A stretch of DNA of 64,000 nucleotides from an uncultured virus (IMG/VR IMGVR_UViG_3300022822_000010) (IMGVR_UViG_3300022822_000010), one strand, 5' to 3'; shown: positions 46,582-56,141, counted from the first letter of the stretch. Notes: generated by a model not told the origin, from the sequence alone. A program made the numbers and translations.

Positions 46582-48834
46582 TTACGAAACAGCGATTGCG
46601 AATTTCGTGGCCAGCGCTCGGTTGCTCTTCTTTGACTTTGAGAACTTCTTAAAAGCACGAGCTATGTCTGCTTTTTTAGCATTATCTTTAACAGCAAACT
46701 CATCGTCTTGAGCCTTAACGTTACCGTTAATAATGAAGAATGTATCGTACCCTTTAATATTCTTCAATGCTACGATTTTGTCAGCATTATACTCTTTGAC
46801 ATAAGGCGTTGTATCGTGAAGGTCTAAGTGCGTAAGCTTCATTCGTAGCTTACCTAAATCAGGGACAAGGTAATATCCGATGACATTAACACCCGACTCG
46901 CGAATCATATCGAGAAGATCGATAGTCGCTAAGTCGGCGCGCAAAAAACACTTCTTGTAGCTATTACCTATTTTCATGTAATCACGCGGCGCACTACTCG
47001 AACTAAGATTGCGGCCCTGGATTTTGCCACCAGTTTTGCTATAGTAAGCGCTTGTAGCACCATCGGTAATAGCAACAAAGTTTACTTTCTGGATGCCGTG
47101 CTTCATTTTAAAAGCTTTTAACGCATCGTGCATATAAATCAAAGTCTCGTTAAGAGGAGTAGTGCCGAGACGATCTAAACCGCCACCCATAACGTCATAC
47201 TTAGCATAGGTGTAGAATAACATTTTTGCTGCTTCGTTGAACTCTTTGTTAGTCATCGAAGAAGATAATTGAGTAACAATTCTCACTTGGTCGGTATTAA
47301 TGTAACTGCCACCGTTAACTAGTTTAGCATCTTGTTCTGCTATCATCTCGCGATTTTTGCGACGGTTTTTGTTATATTCCGTGACACCACCGTTAGAAGT
47401 GAAAGAATAAATATCGAATGGGATGTTAGTTTTCCTACAAAACATAGCCAAGACGATAGCCTGCTCAACAACGCTCTTTATCATTCTGGCCATCGAGCCA
47501 GAGAAGTCGATGATTGCTACCATACCATGCGATTTAGCATCAGCAATATTATTGTTTCGCAAAAACAAGTCTTCGGTAAATTTGTAGTTGGCGAGCTTTG
47601 TAACATCTAGCTGGCCTGACTTAGATTCTGTAGCACGAGATTGCTGAAAAGCTGCTTTTCTCATTTCGAATTCGCGGCTCATCTGAGAAACTATCTTTTT
47701 GTTATCTTCTAAAAACAACAAGTATTCTAGCTCAACTTTATTCATTTCTTGCTTTTCATACCATGTAGCTATTTGGTTACTACATTCTTCGTATCGAGTC
47801 TGGCGCGACTTCATAATCTCTTCGCTAGAGATAACATTAGAATCTTTAAAAGTCGGTAAGAGACCTTCGCAAACGATAGGCGTTTTACCTTTGTCATCTA
47901 CCTCAACAAGCTCCTCTTCCATTTTACGAAAAGTGTCGTCGGTGTAAGTCTGCTCGTCAACAGAATCTTCGTCATCAGTAAGCGAATCGCTTTGCTCACC
48001 GCTTGATGTTTTACCTTGAAAAGGTGTCTCACCTTCATCAGAATCTTCGTCAGAAGCTTTTTCAGAAGCTTTTTCAGAGTCTTCATCAGAAGCTTTTTCA
48101 GAGTCTTCATCAGAATCTTCGTCAGAATCTTCGCTTTCTTCAAGAGCTTTTTCGGAATCTTCGTCAGAGTCTTGGCTTTCTTCAGAAGCTTTTTCGGAAT
48201 CTTCGTCAGAGTCTTGGCTTTCTTCAGAAGCTTGCTCATCTTCTTCAGATTTATCTTCTTTAGGCTCAGGCTTGGTTTCTTCTTTCTTTTTATCTTTTAA
48301 CCAAGCGGTGATAGCTAAACAAGAAGCGATAACGTCGTCGAAGGTCTCGACAGCCATAGCTTGGTTGAAATACGGTAATTCTTCGGCGCTGAATTCGACT
48401 TCGACAAGGGTTCGGCATTTAGCTTTTAGATTTAAGCGATCCATAAACCCAAGAGAGCCGATAGAGCGTGTATCTAAGCCAAAGAAATTACGTTTTAGTA
48501 ACTCTTTGTACCCTTGCTTGAAGTTGTATACTAAGCCGGGATAGGTGTCGCATATCTTGCGCTCGATGCGTATATCTTCGATGATGTTAACATACGAGCG
48601 ACGAATACCAAGCTCAACGGTGCTGTGGTGCCAACCTTCTGCTGGGGTATAAAGCGCGTGCCCGACTTCGTGACCTTCTAGTAAGTCATACAAGTCAGTG
48701 GTCATATCGTCCCATAAAGGAAGACGTAAAACGCGATTAACGACGTCAAAAGACGCAGTGACATTCCCGTCACGGATGACGCTGATGTCTTCTTTCGCGA
48801 GTAACTTTGCTAGTAGTGATTTTCGTTCAAACAT
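46582..48834 (-). CDS. CobT-like VWA protein with an N-terminal zincin-like motif and an acidic repeat linker
   Basis: HEVGH...EDIRIE; DFSGSM MIDAS, TPL, TDG; adjacent to the AAA gene. Confidence 0.85.
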   Translation of the reverse strand: MFERKSLLAKLLAKEDISVIRDGNVTASFDVVNRVLRLPLWDDMTTDLYDLLEGHEVGHALYTPAEGWHHSTVELGIRRSYVNIIEDIRIERKICDTYPGLVYNFKQGYKELLKRNFFGLDTRSIGSLGFMDRLNLKAKCRTLVEVEFSAEELPYFNQAMAVETFDDVIASCLAITAWLKDKKKEETKPEPKEDKSEEDEQASEESQDSDEDSEKASEESQDSDEDSEKALEESEDSDEDSDEDSEKASDEDSEKASEKASDEDSDEGETPFQGKTSSGEQSDSLTDDEDSVDEQTYTDDTFRKMEEELVEVDDKGKTPIVCEGLLPTFKDSNVISSEEIMKSRQTRYEECSNQIATWYEKQEMNKVELEYLLFLEDNKKIVSQMSREFEMRKAAFQQSRATESKSGQLDVTKLANYKFTEDLFLRNNNIADAKSHGMVAIIDFSGSMARMIKSVVEQAIVLAMFCRKTNIPFDIYSFTSNGGVTEYNKNRRKNREMIAEQDAKLVNGGSYINTDQVRIVTQLSSSMTNKEFNEAAKMLFYTYAKYDVMGGGLDRLGTTPLNETLIYMHDALKAFKMKHGIQKVNFVAITDGATSAYYSKTGGKIQGRNLSSSSAPRDYMKIGNSYKKCFLRADLATIDLLDMIRESGVNVIGYYLVPDLGKLRMKLTHLDLHDTTPYVKEYNADKIVALKNIKGYDTFFIINGNVKAQDDEFAVKDNAKKADIARAFKKFSKSKKSNRALATKFAIAVS
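48030..48235 (-). repeat. intragenic 42-bp and shorter tandem repeats encoding a DSDEDSEKASEE-type linker
   Basis: gctttttcggaatcttcgtcagagtcttggctttcttcagaa at 48146 and 48188, plus shorter units. Confidence 0.9.
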
Positions 48835-48865
48835 AATATAAACTCTTTCGATCAATTAAGTATTA

Positions 48866-49029
48866 ATTATACGCTTATTCGGTGATGAAGTAAAGAACTT
48901 TCTTAGAATAATTAGAACTAAAAACTAACTTTGTTATACCGAATAAACTAGATCAAGTATGCTCTTCTCGATCAATTAAGTACCTATTATATCGTGAAAG
49001 GCCTAAGAAGTAAAGAACTTTCTTAGACC
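48866..49029 (-). promoter_or_regulatory. two tandem early promoters 120 bp apart
   Basis: TTTACT-N17-TATAAT at 48894-48866 and 49014-48986, each followed by ACTTAATTGATCG. Confidence 0.85.
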
Positions 49030-49046
49030 GTTTAGCTATATTAATC

Positions 49047-49184
49047 TTATTTTTTATTACCATACACCTGATCGCAGTGCCTACATTCTGCGTGAGGTGG
49101 TATGCCATCTTGCATTTTCACCATACCTTCAAACCTCCACACAAATTCATGATACCCGATAAAACAAAGAATCTTCTGCCACAT
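49047..49184 (-). CDS. small C/H zinc-finger-like protein, paralog 2
   Basis: Manual translation MWQKILCFIGYHEFVWRFEG...GIPPHAECRHCDQVYGNKK. Confidence 0.65.
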   Translation of the reverse strand: MWQKILCFIGYHEFVWRFEGMVKMQDGIPPHAECRHCDQVYGNKK

Positions 49185-49185
49185 A

Positions 49186-49341
49186 CTACACCTGCTTTTT
49201 TTTATTACCGTACTTTTGACCGCAATGCTTACATATAGCGCGATCTGGTATACCAGCGGGTTGATCTCTCACCAGACCTTCAATCCGCCACATATATTCA
49301 TGTTGCTCAATAAGGCATAAAGCCTTTTTCTCCATACTCAT
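49186..49341 (-). CDS. small C/H zinc-finger-like protein, paralog 1
   Basis: LCLIEQHEYMWRIEG...GIPDRAICKHCGQKYGNKK. Confidence 0.65.
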   Translation of the reverse strand: MSMEKKALCLIEQHEYMWRIEGLVRDQPAGIPDRAICKHCGQKYGNKKKQV

Positions 49342-49342
49342 A

Positions 49343-51067
49343 CTACAACCCCTTCTTAATATAACTAAAGTTTTTGATCTTCTCGAACTCAATCTTGCTT
49401 CTGAACTTACCATCTAGCTGATCGCCTCGATGGCTTATTACGAATAAGTTTGTGCCTTCGTCGAATTCGTTGACTATCTTCATAAATCCATCCAACCCGT
49501 CTTGATCCAGCGATGAGTCCATAACTTCATCTAACATTAACAGGTTAGTGCTTGCGCTGTTCTTCATCTTAGCGATCTGTCTCCAAGTGAATAATAACGC
49601 AAGATCTATCTTCATCTTTTCGCCTTCTGAGAATGACGCATAGTTGAACTTGTCACGGTAGCGTGATTTGATCTCTTCATTAAACGACTCGTCAAGGTTA
49701 AACGATACAAAGAAGTCAAGAGACTGTAAATAACCATTTATAAGCTTATTCATAACAGGCAAATATTGCTTAATGATCTTAGTCTTAATGCCCGTATCTT
49801 TTAACATTTCGCCGCAAGCTTCGTTGTAAGTCTTTTCATCCGATAACTCAAACTTTCGATCCAATAATATATCGCGGTTATCTACTAACGATTCTAGCTC
49901 ATTGCGAGACTTTTGTAAATCTCCAAGGCCCCCGCTTATCTCAGCGATATATAATTCAGACTCAAGTATACTTTTCTGTAGGATAGCGATTTCTCGTTCA
50001 CCTATTATAATCCGATTTTGGTACTTAATAATTTGAGATTGTATGTTATCTAATTGTCGAATCTTTTCTCCAATCTCTTCTAGGTTCTTATTAGCATCAA
50101 CCATCACTTTCGATAATTGTTTTGCTTTAATTTTGGCTTCGTCTACGCGTCCAGCTTTTAGAGTAGGCTCGATCGTTTGCGTACAAGTTGGACAATTTTC
50201 GTTATCATCGAAGAACCTAGCTTCTGTAGCAATGACTCGCATCTTTTCTTTAAATTGAGCCAGATAACCAATCATTGTTTCTCGTTTCTCGTTATAATCT
50301 ACAAGAGCATCTTTGGTTGGAAGCTTATTATCAGCTATGTATTTTCCCGGGTCGCTTAGTCCTCGCGCAACAAAGTCGATGCTTATCATAGATGCTTCAA
50401 TCTTATCTTTAGCGCGTTGAAGGTTATCTTCATTTAAGTCGCTTATATCTTTCACGTACTTTCGCTGAAGCGAAATCTTCTCTTTGTGAAGGATGATAGA
50501 GTGATCGGTCTCCTTTAGCTCTTCTTTTATCTTTGCGACTTGCTCTTTGAGTATAATATTCATTTTAGTGAATATGTTTATGTCAAGAAGGTCTTCGATC
50601 ACTCCACGACGTTGGCTGGTAGATAGCTGCATAAATGGAATAAATGACGACGAGCCAAGAACCACGATCTGATGAAATGACTTATGGTTCAGCTTTAAAA
50701 TGTTTTGCTCAAGATATTTTTGATAATCTTTAATAGCAGCAGTCTGGTCGATCATTTTACCGTTTTGGTGTATCTCAAATATGTTAGGCTTAATGCCTCG
50801 AATAACTTTAAATTCATGACTACCGACGCTAAATTCAACTATGACTACACAATCTTTATTGTTTACGGAATTTACTAGCTGATCTTTTTTAACCCCGCGA
50901 TGAGGCTTACCAAATAACCCGAACGATAGAGCATCAAGCATCGATGACTTACCCGCACCATTTAATCCGACGACCAATGTAGTCGGTGATCGGGTAAGCT
51001 CAACCTTTGTAAAATCATTTCCGGTAGATAATAGGTTTTTCCATGCCACAGTCTTAAAAATTATCAT
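49343..51067 (-). CDS. 46: recombination endonuclease ATPase subunit gp46 (Rad50-like)
   Basis: GLNGAGKS, CPTC zinc hook, FSEGE signature, LDEVMD. Confidence 0.96.
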   Translation of the reverse strand: MIIFKTVAWKNLLSTGNDFTKVELTRSPTTLVVGLNGAGKSSMLDALSFGLFGKPHRGVKKDQLVNSVNNKDCVVIVEFSVGSHEFKVIRGIKPNIFEIHQNGKMIDQTAAIKDYQKYLEQNILKLNHKSFHQIVVLGSSSFIPFMQLSTSQRRGVIEDLLDINIFTKMNIILKEQVAKIKEELKETDHSIILHKEKISLQRKYVKDISDLNEDNLQRAKDKIEASMISIDFVARGLSDPGKYIADNKLPTKDALVDYNEKRETMIGYLAQFKEKMRVIATEARFFDDNENCPTCTQTIEPTLKAGRVDEAKIKAKQLSKVMVDANKNLEEIGEKIRQLDNIQSQIIKYQNRIIIGEREIAILQKSILESELYIAEISGGLGDLQKSRNELESLVDNRDILLDRKFELSDEKTYNEACGEMLKDTGIKTKIIKQYLPVMNKLINGYLQSLDFFVSFNLDESFNEEIKSRYRDKFNYASFSEGEKMKIDLALLFTWRQIAKMKNSASTNLLMLDEVMDSSLDQDGLDGFMKIVNEFDEGTNLFVISHRGDQLDGKFRSKIEFEKIKNFSYIKKGL

Positions 51068-51620
51068 TCGTTGGAATCTCGTCTCTTGGGGTGAATTTCT
51101 TAAGGTCATAATATATCTGTTCAACTTTCGATAACCCTTGGTAATTGGTTAGCACGTCGAACCTTTCTTTTGATATCTGCTCATCCTTGATGAATCCTTC
51201 TAGTTTTGATGTCTTGAGCCTCGCGCCTTGTATACCACCTGCTTTGAGATAAAGCTCGTAACCATAGGGGACAATATACATTTCACCCGCAGGGTTGCTC
51301 TGGCTACGTTTTCGATCTATCAGAATAGTAGTACCATCATCTGCGAGGAAAGGATAAAGATAATCATTAGTGGCGCTAAATGAATGGGATTTCTTCTCAG
51401 ATTCTTTCTTAACGCGTTGCACCTCGATTTCGACACTCATAGTCGCTTCACCAGTCATAGAATTTTTTTCGATACGAAACTCAATAAGTTTTGAATTGAC
51501 AATTTTCTTTGCCATATCTAATGCCAGATTGTGCTTAACTTGTCCTATAAGGCTTTCTTCTTCTGCGCGACAGGATACCTGTATATCCGACGGATATATG
51601 TGCTTTGCTCTTAATATCAT
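51054..51620 (-). CDS. hypothetical protein inserted between genes 47 and 46
   Basis: ORF track; own promoter at 51646-51674. Confidence 0.65.
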   Translation of the reverse strand: MILRAKHIYPSDIQVSCRAEEESLIGQVKHNLALDMAKKIVNSKLIEFRIEKNSMTGEATMSVEIEVQRVKKESEKKSHSFSATNDYLYPFLADDGTTILIDRKRSQSNPAGEMYIVPYGYELYLKAGGIQGARLKTSKLEGFIKDEQISKERFDVLTNYQGLSKVEQIYYDLKKFTPRDEIPTNDNF

Positions 51621-51682
51621 AATGTATACTCTCGATTAGGTTTATATTATACTATACTTCTTCCCTGAAGTAAAGCTTTATT

Positions 51683-52744
51683 TTAAGCTATTTCGAGGTT
51701 GGTTGCTTCGGTGTAAACTGACCGCATCATTATCTTCATTCGATCGGTATCAAGGTCGCTATTTACGGCCTCAACATAAGAGTCTAGCAATGTTGCGGTT
51801 TCTTCGACCTCGATGCCTTGATCGTCAACATTCTCCCCAAGAAACTCGCTGAACGATTCTGCTATTTTTAGCTCATGAATGTTACTGTCTTGTACCTTAT
51901 CGATAAACCGATCAAAATCAAAGCTGTTATTCTTTTTAATAACGATAACTTTAACAAACTGACCATCTAAAGAGTCAAAATCGTATTTGCTATAATCCGT
52001 ATTTGTATCGTCGTAGTTTATCTTGGTGTGTAGCGTGAGTGGATTTCGGACCATTGTTAATTCGCGCGTATCTGTATCAAATACGTGAAAATACTTCGCA
52101 TCATCTACATCAGCCCAGTTAAATTCCATCTGAGCGCCTAGGTAATTAATATTACCCATACTTGACCTAGTATGATAATGCCCCGACCAAACCGCTTCGA
52201 ATCTATCGAAGGGCTTAGTTGACATACCCGTGGCACATATATGCCCTTTATTCATCTCAAACCCGCTAAACTCGAAGTGACCGCCTATGAACGGCGCTTT
52301 ACAGTTAGCTACAAACTTCATGGTCTCGACGTAGTTTTCGTTATTAATCCAAGGAATCATACCAATCTTACAACCATCAAAGTCGAGAACTTTTGGCTCC
52401 ATAATTATATTGACATTAGACGTATAGAAGCCCATTAGCTCTTTCAGCGAACATAGATCGTTTGTAGATTTGTGGAAAACATCGTGATTTCCAGGAATTA
52501 TATCCATAGTGATACCGTCTTTCTTTAGAACATCTAGAAAGACTTTGCGGTTATGATTCAGGGCCTTGAAGTTAATATATTTGCGGTGATCGAAGTAATC
52601 ACCAAGGTGCATTATATTCTTTATATCGTTGTCTTTCAGATACGGGAAAAATACATCACGATAAAACTTTTCTTGGTAATCCATATAGATGTTAGATGAG
52701 TTTCGAATACCGCAATGAGTATCATTTAAAATTGCTACTTTCAT
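51683..52744 (-). CDS. 47: recombination endonuclease subunit gp47 (Mre11-like)
   Basis: DTHCG, LGDYFD, GNHD, SGHYH. Confidence 0.96.
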   Translation of the reverse strand: MKVAILNDTHCGIRNSSNIYMDYQEKFYRDVFFPYLKDNDIKNIMHLGDYFDHRKYINFKALNHNRKVFLDVLKKDGITMDIIPGNHDVFHKSTNDLCSLKELMGFYTSNVNIIMEPKVLDFDGCKIGMIPWINNENYVETMKFVANCKAPFIGGHFEFSGFEMNKGHICATGMSTKPFDRFEAVWSGHYHTRSSMGNINYLGAQMEFNWADVDDAKYFHVFDTDTRELTMVRNPLTLHTKINYDDTNTDYSKYDFDSLDGQFVKVIVIKKNNSFDFDRFIDKVQDSNIHELKIAESFSEFLGENVDDQGIEVEETATLLDSYVEAVNSDLDTDRMKIMMRSVYTEATNLEIA

Positions 52745-53082
52745 GATTTAATCGCCTTTAGTTTACAATAATCAAAATGTTTCTTTCTCATCTTGTTGCT
52801 TTTTATAGCTCGGGTACATTGGGGGCAACGCTCTATGTGGGATTTAGGTTTGTGGGCAGGCGCAACATATCTGCCTTTATTCCGTCGCCTCAGTAACTCT
52901 TCTTCATACCAAGCTTTCTGCTCTTCGGTAATACCTTCAAAGTATTCTTTTGGAGGTCTATATTCAGGGCAAGGATTAGTAAGAGTAGATAGCTTTCTAT
53001 CCTTTTTGCGACCACCGCCCTTGTAAAGCTTACCTTCACCCGAATGCGGGTCAACTATATTACGAGCCATATCACGTACCAA
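52741..53082 (-). CDS. basic hypothetical protein with a C-terminal CxxC...H...C motif
   Basis: CPQC...HFDYC. Confidence 0.55.
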   Translation of the reverse strand: MVRDMARNIVDPHSGEGKLYKGGGRKKDRKLSTLTNPCPEYRPPKEYFEGITEEQKAWYEEELLRRRNKGRYVAPAHKPKSHIERCPQCTRAIKSNKMRKKHFDYCKLKAIKS

Positions 53083-53089
53083 TTAATAA

Positions 53090-53533
53090 TTAAGGTCTAA
53101 AAGCAAATATTCTTTCGCAGTTACGAACATCAAAGTGTAACCATGAAACTTCGAGTTCGATACTCATTATGAATTCAAAGTCTGGGTGATCTTTATTTTC
53201 TTGAATATCAATTCTTACTTCTTCAGCAGTAATAGGGTTGTCGGTATCGCTAAAGATAGCATCAAAGCCGCGACCAAATGAATGTTGTGAAAATTGTCGA
53301 TACCAAGGCGAGTCTTGTGTTCTGAGTCCGCGTGATTCATTTTTCCCGCCCCACTTCCAGTCATTGATAGTCATACGCCCATAGCGCTTACGAAGGCGAT
53401 CCAAGGTAATTAAGCCTCTGGGGTCTAACAGCTGCCATGCCCGTTCCCCTCTTTCTTCAAATACTTTCTGCGAAACAAGCTCTTCGATTATAAAGTGTTC
53501 GCATACATAGTCGTGTGTAACAATATTACTCAT
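53090..53533 (-). CDS. peptidase M15-family protein, putative endolysin
   Basis: GLR, SQHSFGRGFD, WLHFDVR zinc-binding motifs. Confidence 0.8.
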   Translation of the reverse strand: MSNIVTHDYVCEHFIIEELVSQKVFEERGERAWQLLDPRGLITLDRLRKRYGRMTINDWKWGGKNESRGLRTQDSPWYRQFSQHSFGRGFDAIFSDTDNPITAEEVRIDIQENKDHPDFEFIMSIELEVSWLHFDVRNCERIFAFRP

Positions 53534-54125
53534 AAGTTTCTCCTGTGTCTATATTAACGCCATCCATAAAAAGCTCAATGCCCGATGGCTCTCTTTTCTC
53601 AACCCTTTGTAGTTGATTGTCTTTTTTATGTACGCCATCGATTCTAGCTCTCAATTCATCAACAAACGATTGTTCGTCACCAAAGTCATCGGAATCGTAA
53701 TCACCGCAAGTAAAGAATTCTGAGAAGGCCCCTTGCTCGATATACTTGAATCTAATATCTTGTTGCCTCTTCTCTTTTGCTAAGCGACGCAAGAATGCGT
53801 AGAATGCTATTTGCGTAAAATAAGAGAATGCGTTAGGTTTTTTTGTTCGAGTCGCTTTTGTGATATCATAATTGTTAATGGCTTTTAAACAGTTTTCAAC
53901 AGCGTCCATTACCATCTCTTCGCGATAAGTGTATCTTATAAAGTTAGGTCTAAACGACAGTCCATCAGAAATCTTTAGAAAGCAGGTAGCGATATAGTCA
54001 GTGACTATGGGTACGGGTTTATCTTCTAACTTAGCTTCATTAGATAGTTTCACGTAATCATAGACTGCGTTTGAAAAGTCTCTGTTGTTCACATAATGAG
54101 GTTTTTCTTTCTTATCTTCTTTCAT
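53526..54125 (-). CDS. 55: late-transcription sigma factor gp55
   Basis: HYVNN, RPNFIRYTYREEMVMDAVENC, NAFSYFTQI. Confidence 0.96.
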   Translation of the reverse strand: MKEDKKEKPHYVNNRDFSNAVYDYVKLSNEAKLEDKPVPIVTDYIATCFLKISDGLSFRPNFIRYTYREEMVMDAVENCLKAINNYDITKATRTKKPNAFSYFTQIAFYAFLRRLAKEKRQQDIRFKYIEQGAFSEFFTCGDYDSDDFGDEQSFVDELRARIDGVHKKDNQLQRVEKREPSGIELFMDGVNIDTGETYE

Positions 54126-54181
54126 TTAAAGTAGCCCAGTTGTTAGTATTACTCCCCTATTATACTATATTTCGCGCTATT

Positions 54182-54271
54182 AGTAAAGCCTTATTTAATT
54201 AAAAATAAAGCTTGACTTTATGAGTAAAATAGGTTATAATAAGGAACCCCGCCGCAGCCAGAGTAGTAGTA
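54182..54271. repeat. 90-bp perfect direct repeat, copy 2 (divergent promoter element)
   Basis: Identical to 15995-16084. Confidence 0.93.
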
Positions 54272-54297
54272 GTTTAAGCAAAGCCCTTCGGGCAGGT

Positions 54298-54651
54298 CTA
54301 GTGAATGGTATCGGATATAGGTAAAGTATAATCAGTATCCATTATCGATACAGCTTGAGAGATGATGGCGTTTAAGTAATTCCCTTTCATATCATCTTTT
54401 ACTTGGCATGATGCCTCTATATGAGATTTGTAGACTACACAGTGATCTTCCTTATTCACGGGAAAGTATTCTTCAAAGTCGAAGTAGAAAGTCCCATCAG
54501 TATCTCCGATCTTTATAAGTTTATAAGCGCTGTCCAGTATATAGCGATCATCTTCTTGATCATTTACGATAGCAATTATCTCAGTACCTGAAGACATCTT
54601 AATGTGTCTTATATCTAGATTAGACGCTTCTTCTTCTACACAATCTTTCAT
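54298..54651 (-). CDS. conserved hypothetical protein between uvsW and 55
   Basis: IRHIKMSSGTEIIA pattern; synteny. Confidence 0.65.
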   Translation of the reverse strand: MKDCVEEEASNLDIRHIKMSSGTEIIAIVNDQEDDRYILDSAYKLIKIGDTDGTFYFDFEEYFPVNKEDHCVVYKSHIEASCQVKDDMKGNYLNAIISQAVSIMDTDYTLPISDTIH

Positions 54652-56141
54652 TTGAATTCTACCTCATAAATATTGTAAGTGAATTTCTCTTTAGCATAAA
54701 CCGCTATACGAACACCAGCATGGTTGAGCGTGTAATTCTTCTTAGACTTCCAATGGAAATCATCTGCTACATCGAACAACATTGCTGTCTGACCATTATC
54801 GGCTATTCTTAAGCTTCTACCGATACTTTGTAAAATCTTAATCTGAGACTTACTTGGTGCCGCAAATATTACATTATGAAGATTTCTTATATTAACACCA
54901 GTAGAGAATACTTGGAGCGAAGCGACAATCACTGCGTCTTTCTCCGTCTCCGTAATCTTTCTCACCATCTCGCGCGTATCAACGTCTGTAGCACCAGAGA
55001 CAAAGAATATTTTTCTCCCTCTTCTGGCCTTCTCTTGAATCATCTCGTGAAGTAACTTACCATGCTTTATACGTTGAAACAACACGAGCGTATTACCTTC
55101 TTGATCTACTGCTAAGTTTGTTAAAAACTTGTTTCGCTTCTCGTGTTCGATGATGTAATTAATTTCGGCTTGGTAGTCCATCTTGACTACTTCGCGGCAT
55201 TCGTCGTCGCCATACTTTAATAGTAGCACGTTAATATCTAGGGCCGATATGTGGCCTTGATCCATAAGTGTCTTAGTAGTCGTGACTTTGAATACGGGGC
55301 CGAACATACCTTCAAGTTGTAGCTTATGAGTATGCTCGCCGCCGATCGTACCCGTTGTACCAAGCCTGTACTCGGCTTCTTTTAACTTTGACATAATTGA
55401 TGAGAGTGACTTAGCTTTGGCAGTGTGACACTCGTCTACAATACCCATCCCGAACCTAGCAAACCACGGCGTTTGTAGATTATAAATCGATTGCCAAGTT
55501 GATATAAGAATTTTCTTTTTGATAAACTTATCTTTACCACCATATATCTTATGACACAATTCTTCAACATCAAAGCCACGGTCGTGTGTAGAGTAATCCG
55601 AAAAGTCGTCATACATCTGAGCAACAAGGGCTGTAGTCGGCACAACAATTAGGATATCTTTGTCGTAATTCTTCATGTAATGTCGAAGCATCGTGTAAAT
55701 AATCAGCGACTTACCCGAAGCCGTTGGTGATAATAACAAGCTGTTCTTAGTTCTAATCGCGTGATGAACCGCATCAAGCTGAAAATCTCGATGTTCGATT
55801 ACTTCGCCGCGTGAAGTGAAGGTACAATCCTTTATGAAACTCATGTCTACGTCGTATGATGCTCCAGGTGAGCCGTAATAATTGTTGAACTTAACCTCAA
55901 GCGCATAATCTCTCGATTTACAAAACTCTTCAAGGTATTTAAACAACCCAACAGGCAATTCGTTTTTACGTGAATCCCAAAGTCTTATTTTACCGTCCCA
56001 CATTTTATTCTTGAAACTAGGGATGAAAGCGTATCCGGGGACGAAAAAACAGAAAAAGTCGCTTAGTTCATTAGATATTCCGCGATCACATTCAATGTGT
56101 AAGAATGCGTGATTCTTCTTTTGTACAACTAACGTATCCAT
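54648..56141 (-). CDS. uvsW: SF2 helicase UvsW
   Basis: WDGKIRL, SPTASGKS, DECH, QSIGRSLR. Confidence 0.96.
   Translation of the reverse strand: MDTLVVQKKNHAFLHIECDRGISNELSDFFCFFVPGYAFIPSFKNKMWDGKIRLWDSRKNELPVGLFKYLEEFCKSRDYALEVKFNNYYGSPGASYDVDMSFIKDCTFTSRGEVIEHRDFQLDAVHHAIRTKNSLLLSPTASGKSLIIYTMLRHYMKNYDKDILIVVPTTALVAQMYDDFSDYSTHDRGFDVEELCHKIYGGKDKFIKKKILISTWQSIYNLQTPWFARFGMGIVDECHTAKAKSLSSIMSKLKEAEYRLGTTGTIGGEHTHKLQLEGMFGPVFKVTTTKTLMDQGHISALDINVLLLKYGDDECREVVKMDYQAEINYIIEHEKRNKFLTNLAVDQEGNTLVLFQRIKHGKLLHEMIQEKARRGRKIFFVSGATDVDTREMVRKITETEKDAVIVASLQVFSTGVNIRNLHNVIFAAPSKSQIKILQSIGRSLRIADNGQTAMLFDVADDFHWKSKKNYTLNHAGVRIAVYAKEKFTYNIYEVEFK

Noticed and set aside
47898..48300. Repetitive alternative-frame ORFs (KKLLKK..., FFRSFF...)
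   Set aside because: They are by-products of the tandem repeats in the VWA gene's acidic linker.
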